From contig DASULD010000197.1 in assembly GCA_036278355.1 (NCBI GenBank), forward strand, positions 1 through 55,131: a stretch of 55,131 nt of DNA. The letters are read 5' to 3'. The notes under the pieces are model-generated. The model was not told the origin of the DNA. It searched no databases and was given only the letters and a program-made list of their open reading frames with translations. This DNA comes from Sphingobium sp. (GTDB lineage Bacteria > Pseudomonadota > Alphaproteobacteria > Sphingomonadales > Sphingomonadaceae). Of this stretch, positions 50,001 to 55,131 are shown piece after piece (position 1 is the stretch's first letter; every line of letters starts with the position of its first letter). A program made the position numbers and the translations under genes.

Positions 50001-51716
50001 ACGCGCCAGCAGGAACCGGTGCATATGGCCCAGCCGGCCCCGGTCCAGCGCGGTGGTGATCTCCTCGATTGCCTTGAACCCGAAATTCTCGAACGCCGGC
50101 ACAGCGTCCGACAGCGCGATCGCCGGGCGGCTGTAAAGCTTCAGCCGCAGCTCATCGCGTTTGTCTCCCGGATTACGGTACAACCTTACCCGCCAGCCGT
50201 TGTGCGCGGAAAGCTCAGCCATTTCAGCGATGTCTATCGCCGCTTCCTCAGGCCCCGCCCCCAGCCGGTAGCTTTGCGGAAAACCCTCGGCATATTTTTC
50301 GGCTAGCGCCGCCGCGCGATCGGCTGGCATGGTGAGGGAAAGGTTGGCTTCCACCGCCGGCACCCAGCCGCGCACCATGTGCTTGATCTCGGCATCGAGC
50401 GCCGCTTCATCCGGCGTGCGGCCCCCGGCTCGCAGATCGAGCGTGAACCGCAGAAGCGCCATCCCGCCTTCCTCCAGCGCGATGGACCAGCTGAGCGGTG
50501 GCGCGTGAGCCGCCTTCGCCAGCATATCCTGTATGGCCATGCGCCGGGTAGTCGAGAGATCGTCGCGAGGCAGCCAGACAAAGGCATAAAGATGGCGCGC
50601 AAGGGCCGAAGTCGCGAGCACAAGCTTGGGCCGGGGTCGGTCGGCGAGCGACATGAACGTAAAGGCCAGTCGCTCCAGTGTGGCCCGATCGAACCCGATC
50701 ACGATATCGTGCGGCAGCGCGGTCAGAGCATGGAACAATGTCTTGCCCGCATGTCCGGACGGATCGAAATGATGTTTTTCCATCAGCGACAGAAACGCCG
50801 AGCGCAGCATCGGCACACGGTCGGGCGGCGTCGCGAGCGCGCCGCTGGTCCACATGCCTGCATGGATGGACAGCGCCGCAATTCGCCGATCCTGCCGGAC
50901 AGGTATGATGATGAGGTCGATGAGGCTGGTACGGTGGACCTTGGACGCGCGATTGCTCTTTATGATAAGCGGCACGCGGCCGCCTTCATCGAACCATTCA
51001 AACGCGGCATCTATGGTGGAGGACGCAAGGAGAGGTTCCACCTCGTCCAGCGTACAGATGCCCAGCGCGGTTCCCTGTGCGCCGTCGCGGCGGCAGGTCA
51101 GATGGCCGATCTGCGTCAGATGGTTGTCGAGGAACCAGCGCAGCAGCGCCGCCCCCTCTTCTTCGCCCAGCCGTTCCGCATCGCCGGAAAGAGCGTCCCG
51201 CATCCGGCCCCAATCGGAAACCGCAGCACGAACATGGGCAAGCGTGTCATGAAGCTCTGCATCAAGCCCTTCCCGCTGCCGGGCGGTTACCTGGTCTACC
51301 TCCATGTAGATGATCGATTCGCGCCGCGCGCCGGGGTTGTCCGGAGGCAGAATGCGCAGGAGCCGTCCTGTTCCGTCCCGTTCCGTCCCCACCAGCGGGT
51401 GCAGCAGGCGCTGGATCACCATGCCCTTGCCTGCAAGGCAGTTGGCGACGCTATCGACCAGGAACGGCATATCGTCGTTGACGATGGCGACCCGCAGGGC
51501 GCGGGAGGTCCCCCCTGCCGGCAGTGCGCGGCGGTCTATCGCGACGATTGGAATGCCCGAGGATCGCACTGTTGCCGCGCGGGCGATGAATTCGGCCGCC
51601 GCCCGCGATTTGTCTTCGTCAAAGCCTTCGGTTTCACCTGGAGGAGCACCCAAAGTAAGGACCGCCTGTAATTGGCGCGCGATCTCTCCATTATCCTCTT
51701 TGTCGGCCCTCGCCAT
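47055..51716 (-). CDS. Large NAD-specific glutamate dehydrogenase (Bac_GDH/GdhB type)
   Basis: NDDMPFLVDS, EGIHLR.GPVARGGLRWSDR, VKNAVIVP.GAKGGF, VVAADKGTATFSD, GDMSGDVFGNG, GEGANLG, DNSAGVDCSDNEVNIKI. Confidence 0.97.
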   Translation of the reverse strand: MARADKEDNGEIARQLQAVLTLGAPPGETEGFDEDKSRAAAEFIARAATVRSSGIPIVAIDRRALPAGGTSRALRVAIVNDDMPFLVDSVANCLAGKGMVIQRLLHPLVGTERDGTGRLLRILPPDNPGARRESIIYMEVDQVTARQREGLDAELHDTLAHVRAAVSDWGRMRDALSGDAERLGEEEGAALLRWFLDNHLTQIGHLTCRRDGAQGTALGICTLDEVEPLLASSTIDAAFEWFDEGGRVPLIIKSNRASKVHRTSLIDLIIIPVRQDRRIAALSIHAGMWTSGALATPPDRVPMLRSAFLSLMEKHHFDPSGHAGKTLFHALTALPHDIVIGFDRATLERLAFTFMSLADRPRPKLVLATSALARHLYAFVWLPRDDLSTTRRMAIQDMLAKAAHAPPLSWSIALEEGGMALLRFTLDLRAGGRTPDEAALDAEIKHMVRGWVPAVEANLSLTMPADRAAALAEKYAEGFPQSYRLGAGPEEAAIDIAEMAELSAHNGWRVRLYRNPGDKRDELRLKLYSRPAIALSDAVPAFENFGFKAIEEITTALDRGRLGHMHRFLLARYDGGDAEALLARASVLQDTLAQVLTGHAEDDRLNTLIVSAELAPEAVVLLRALFRYLRQAGLPHTITKVADTLRGHDHITRALVALFKALHDPDFEGDRTEAAAAADQEIVAGLTDVSSIDDDRIFRLFRAAIQATLRTNFFLPAGKEAIAFKIDSAAVPGLPKPLPWREIWVYSPRVEGIHLRAGPVARGGLRWSDRRDDFRTEILGLMKAQRVKNAVIVPTGAKGGFYPKRLPNPAADRDAWIAEGTESYRVFIRSLLSVTDNIVAGAVTHPESMVIRDEEDPYFVVAADKGTATFSDVANAIALERGFWLGDAFASGGSNGYDHKAMGITARGAWVSVQRHFAEMGIDVQKDAVRVIGIGDMSGDVFGNGMLLSKAIRLTAAFDHRHIFIDPDPDPDAGWAERERLFRLPRSSWDDYDKTLISEGGGVFSRGLKSIPLSPEMKALLDVADDALDPASLISAILRAPADLLWFGGIGTYVKAASQSNLEVGDTANDVLRVNAEELRVRVVGEGANLGVTQAARIAFALAGGRINTDFIDNSAGVDCSDNEVNIKIALNHEMTEGRLLLEQRNALLVDMTEAVAELVLEDNRLQALGLSIAEKGGVPALPSYVRLIETFEQSGKLDRRVEGLANNDQLLRRALDDQGLTRPELAILLSTAKLTLQDAIERGALVNDPSMGADLAASFPPQMQQREADAIAAHRLRGEIIATELANRIVNRLGIIHPFELAEEEGCALADMAAAFIVADRLFDVRALWQDIDGAEMPEAGRLRLLEQIGGAMRAQMASILRVLPAGFFPGEGYEQLKSGVDALALCVDNLLTELLLARAAAMEDELEMLGVPGRLAQRASMLFKMDGAVGVADLSRRTGGNVEQIARAFVRLGEVVGVAWLQAALSRMEPSDPWERQLLSGVSRDLQQERFSLLSRLGTTEPMEKVEKWLAGQTPRIAQFRHQLDRARAAPAPHVAMLAELAAHVRTLMAR

Positions 51717-51874
51717 GATCGCTCCTGCTCTGTTTCGGCTGGCTCTTTGTCCTGTATAGAAGCGCCGGCTGGCGCGGACCAAGCCAAATCTCCGCCGGAA
51801 ACGGATGGAAATCGCGCAATGGCACGCATCGACGGCAGCAATCGCTGCGGACGCTTTTCGGCCGGTTACAAAGC

Positions 51875-53473
51875 TCAGATCACCTTGCTGGCGGCGATCA
51901 TCACCTTCTGAGCGGCCTTGTCGTCAAGACCGACGCCGCCGACAAAGGAAATGCTGCCATCGGCCTCGCGACGGGCAATGACCACGGCAAGATCAAGGTC
52001 GCCAAAGGGCAGCGCGGCCGCGTCCAGCGGCATGGCGTGGCCAAGCTTGCGAACGGCGCGATCCAGCCGCCGCATCGGGCGCGCGGCCTGCTCATCCTGT
52101 TGCGCCTTCCGCGCCGATCGGACGTCCTGAACGAGTCCCTTGAGGCCGCCGGCATGGGCCGACAGAGTATCTGCAAGACTTCCGCGTGGCAGCGTGTGCG
52201 CCATCGCGTAATCGAGCGCGAGCGCATATTCGGCCACGCGCGTTTTTTCATATGCCACGCCGAACACCAGCTTGATGACGGCCGTCATCGGGCTGCGTTC
52301 CTGAACGGTAATTCCGGCGTCGTGCAGCATGTCGGCATAGGCTTCGGGTGCAGCGGCCGTCGTGAGCGCAAAGTCATAGGCGTCGCCAATGGCGCGATAG
52401 AGCGAGGCGCGGCTGCGCGCCTCACTTTCCCCGACTTCCCGTGCACTTTGACGGGCGGCTTCGAGCGCACGCGCCAACGGCTCCTCGTCGTTTTCGGAAA
52501 CGTCAGGGGAAGAGAGCAGGCTTGACAGGATCCGGGTGTCCGCTTCCGCGTCTTCAGCGGACGGTTCCGCGTTCGCCATGACGTCAGCGATCAGATCCTC
52601 CTGATCGGCCGCCATGAACCCTGACAGATCAAGCACACCAGCCGTGCCCTCGTCATCGTAATCGTCGTCGAAGTGGACCGCAGTCGCCTCAACAGGATCA
52701 GCGGCGGGGCCCTGTTCGGCAAGGGAGCCATGCTCGTTTTTCGTCTCGTCGACGCGGGCCGGGGAATCCACCTCATCAAAGCCGAAGTCGCCGCCGAAAA
52801 TATCGTCCGTGAGGCCTGGTGCCTCATCTTCATCCTTATCCTCGAAGTCCGATGTCGCCGATGGCCCATCGGCCCAGATCGGACCAGCGGCATATGCGGC
52901 CGGCCCGGCGCTCAGCGCTTCGGTGACTTCGCGGTCGAGCTGCTCCAGCATGTCGCTGCTCGCCACCTCCTTCCAGTTGATGACGCCATAGATGAAGTCG
53001 ATCGTCTCATCGTCGGAGGAAAAGGGCATCAATATGCCGCGATACATGATCTCGGCACCACGCTGGTTCGTAAACTCAGCCTCAAAGCCGACCGGCGCGG
53101 CATTGGCGATGATCTGGAGATAATGGTCGGTCAGGCGCGACAGCAGGGAGCGGGGAGGCACATCCGCAATGCGCTCGATCGTTCCCGTGATGCCGCACTC
53201 CGCGCGCAGCGCCGAGCCGAGATAAAGGACGGCCGGGTTTTCGAGGCCCATCGAAAAATCGAGTAGTACGCTGTTGCTGCTGAAGTCTTCCGTATCCTCG
53301 GGATTGAGATCCTCGATGGAAGGAAGCGCACGGGTGCCGAGCAAGGAAACCCAGTAGTTGTAGGCGCGCACGTGCATGCGGCGCTCGTCGCTGTCGATCG
53401 CTGGCGGCGCCTCAATGGCACCGTAATCATCGTCGTCAGCCTCGATTTCGTCCTGACCGCGTAGCGTGTCCAT
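51875..53473 (-). CDS. Hypothetical protein: N-terminal PAS-like domain, long acidic linker, C-terminal helical domain
   Basis: 532-aa ORF; YNYW.SL...R.LP...DL.P and YRGILMPFS.D...ID.I.G resemble PAS_5/DUF1457-like domains; Asp/Glu-rich middle. Confidence 0.75.
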   Translation of the reverse strand: MDTLRGQDEIEADDDDYGAIEAPPAIDSDERRMHVRAYNYWVSLLGTRALPSIEDLNPEDTEDFSSNSVLLDFSMGLENPAVLYLGSALRAECGITGTIERIADVPPRSLLSRLTDHYLQIIANAAPVGFEAEFTNQRGAEIMYRGILMPFSSDDETIDFIYGVINWKEVASSDMLEQLDREVTEALSAGPAAYAAGPIWADGPSATSDFEDKDEDEAPGLTDDIFGGDFGFDEVDSPARVDETKNEHGSLAEQGPAADPVEATAVHFDDDYDDEGTAGVLDLSGFMAADQEDLIADVMANAEPSAEDAEADTRILSSLLSSPDVSENDEEPLARALEAARQSAREVGESEARSRASLYRAIGDAYDFALTTAAAPEAYADMLHDAGITVQERSPMTAVIKLVFGVAYEKTRVAEYALALDYAMAHTLPRGSLADTLSAHAGGLKGLVQDVRSARKAQQDEQAARPMRRLDRAVRKLGHAMPLDAAALPFGDLDLAVVIARREADGSISFVGGVGLDDKAAQKVMIAASKVI

Positions 53474-53531
53474 TGCGTATCTGCCCGTTGACTGCGGCAA
53501 TTGCCGATCAGCGACGGAGCTTGGCACGATG

Positions 53532-53568
53532 ATGGTTAACAAACTCCAAAACACGAAAAGATGTTAAC
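53532..53568 (-). promoter_or_regulatory. CtrA-type motif (TTAACCAT) and a second GTTAAC half-site
   Basis: ATGGTTAA at 53532-53539 reads TTAACCAT on the minus strand; GTTAAC at 53535 and 53563. Confidence 0.5.
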
Positions 53569-53681
53569 GGACGCAGAATAAGGAGGGCCGGTACGACGCC
53601 CGGGACGATGCGGCTTGCCAGCGAGGATGGGTGCTGGTATGCGCGGCGCCGGATTTGCGGGCATGGGCCTAGCCACTCCGC

Positions 53682-53757
53682 GCCGCTTTAGCTCAGTTGG
53701 TAGAGCATCGCATTCGTAATGCGGGGGTCACAGGTTCGAGTCCTGTAAGCGGCACCA
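53682..53757 (+). tRNA. tRNA-Thr (anticodon CGT)
   Basis: 76 nt cloverleaf: GCCGCTT/AAGCGGC acceptor stem, D arm GCTC/GAGC, anticodon loop TTCGTAA, T loop TTCGAGT, encoded CCA. Confidence 0.98.
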
Positions 53758-54228
53758 CTACTCTCCTCAAATCGTCCGTGTCCCGCAACGGCAGACCGCG
53801 ATATCATCCTGCAATGTCCGGCAGTTACACCAGCGCCATTTCGCGTCGTTATTTCCGGAGACCAGATTGCGCGTGTCGGGCGTCACGACAAGCGTCCATA
53901 TCTCCGGCACCCATGATGGTGCCCCCAGCACCTGCCCACCGGTGCTGCCACGTTGGTCTGACCGTATCAGTTCAAGCGATCAAGCCGTCCATCCTAACAG
54001 TCGGGACCGTTCGGCCCTTATTGTCTTCAAAGTGAGCTCAGCGCGGGCCGCCAGGGCCGCGACGGAATGCGGGATAAGTGTGAAGGGGCTGGGGCATGAT
54101 TTTTCATGGGCCATTGTGCGCACAACCAGCGAGCAGCACCCATGTGCCTCCCTTCCGGATCGAAACCAGCCTAATGGCGGTCGCTTGTTGCGCAAGAAAT
54201 AGTTGCTTTCATCTCTAAGGGGAAGATC

Positions 54229-55131
54229 ATGAGGAAAGATCTTAGAATCCGGGCATCTTTACTTTGTGCCGCAGCCGTTGGCGCTCTCACCGGTCCCGCG
54301 CTGGCGCAGGACGCGCCGGGCGCTGCTCCCACGCAGGATCAGGTGGCCCAGGACCAGGCCGACGAAGGTGGCTCGGCACTGTCAGGTGACATCATCGTCA
54401 CCGCGCAGCGTCGCGAGCAGAGCATCCAGAAGGTGGGTATCGCCATCACCGCCTATTCCGGCGACCAGTTGCGCGCGCTCAACGTGACCGATTCCCGCGA
54501 ACTCGCGTCTCTCACGCCTGGCGTGCATCTCGGCGGCGCGCTCGCTGGCCAGAACAGCCAGTATACGATCCGCGGCGTGACCCAGAATGATTTCAATGAC
54601 ATGGTCGAGGCGCCGAACGCCGTTTATCTCGACGACGGCTACATCGCGATCGGCCAGGGCCAGACGTTCGCCCTGTTCGATATCGACCGGGTCGAGGTGC
54701 TCAAGGGGCCGCAAGGCACGCTGTTCGGCCGCAACGCGACCGGCGGCCTTGTCCGCTACATCACGCGCAAGCCCAGGCTGGACACCGTTGAGGGCTTCGT
54801 CGACCTGAACTACGGAATTTACGACTCTTATGGAGCGCCGGGCGCGTTCCATGGTGAAGCCGCGATCAACCTGCCCATGGGCAGCACGATGGCGACGCGC
54901 GTCGCCGTGATGTGGAACAAGACTCAGCCATGGTTGCGCAACGAATATCCGTCGGGCGCGGTCGGCGGGTCGCCGGGGCCTGGTGCCGGCGCCGATATGG
55001 GCGACGACAATACTCTCGCCGGGCGTATCACCACCTTGTTCGAGCCCAATGACGGGGTGCGGTTGCTGCTGTCCGCCAATGCGGCGAGAACCCGGATGTC
55101 GACGGCTCCGTACCAGCAGAAGCCGACGATC
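54229..55131 (+). CDS. TonB-dependent receptor (3' end runs off the window)
   Basis: Absent from the ORF track. Manual translation: MRKDLRIRASLLCAAAVGALTGPALAQ...DIIVTAQRREQSIQ.V..AITA...IRG...YLDDGY...FDIDRVEVLKGPQGTLFGRNATGG. Confidence 0.95.
   Translation, partial: MRKDLRIRASLLCAAAVGALTGPALAQDAPGAAPTQDQVAQDQADEGGSALSGDIIVTAQRREQSIQKVGIAITAYSGDQLRALNVTDSRELASLTPGVHLGGALAGQNSQYTIRGVTQNDFNDMVEAPNAVYLDDGYIAIGQGQTFALFDIDRVEVLKGPQGTLFGRNATGGLVRYITRKPRLDTVEGFVDLNYGIYDSYGAPGAFHGEAAINLPMGSTMATRVAVMWNKTQPWLRNEYPSGAVGGSPGPGAGADMGDDNTLAGRITTLFEPNDGVRLLLSANAARTRMSTAPYQQKPTI

Noticed and set aside
53758-54228. Integrative element or prophage at tRNA-Thr; short ORFs 53697-54035 and 53867-54202
   Set aside because: No integrase or att duplication is visible in the window; the ORFs overlap the tRNA or lack any motif
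1-55131. CRISPR arrays, IS elements, toxin-antitoxin or defence systems, parS sites
   Set aside because: By eye I found no regularly spaced repeats, transposase motifs or GTTTCACGTGAAAC-like palindrome; a computational scan could still find degenerate cases

Overview
High-GC alphaproteobacterial chromosome segment, most likely Sphingomonadaceae (Sphingobium-like; inferred from gene order and protein style). It is almost entirely core genome. The left end carries the hemE/DUF299 junction with DnaA boxes, which is the probable chromosomal origin: rho-hemJ-hemE <- oriC -> DUF299-maf-aroE-coaE-dnaQ-hpf-ptsN. Next come envelope and housekeeping genes: SleB-like hydrolase, exported ankyrin protein, SCO, PBP1A, msrB, MATE, holA-lptE-leuS-DUF3576, pheST, rpmI-rplT, hisN, prs, nadE, gltX, DUF853, degP-hflC-hflK, Mrp, an orphan IorB-like molybdoprotein, hemH and phbB. 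The right part holds a Fiu/Piu-type iron uptake operon preceded by Fur-like boxes, a large NAD-glutamate dehydrogenase, an uncharacterised PAS-like/acidic-linker protein, tRNA-Thr(CGT) and the start of a second TonB-dependent receptor. I saw no CRISPR array, transposase, integrase, prophage or defence system. The best leads, all hypotheses, are: (i) the DUF3576 lipoprotein resembles a BamC helix-grip domain and is divergently paired with a short beta-signal OMP; (ii) the orphan Tat-exported IorB-like protein has Gln at the usual catalytic Glu; (iii) the PAS-like/acidic protein has a CtrA-type motif upstream; (iv) structured 5' leaders precede the cell-wall hydrolase and rpmI; (v) the oriC architecture. 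All family assignments come from motif recognition, with no database search.
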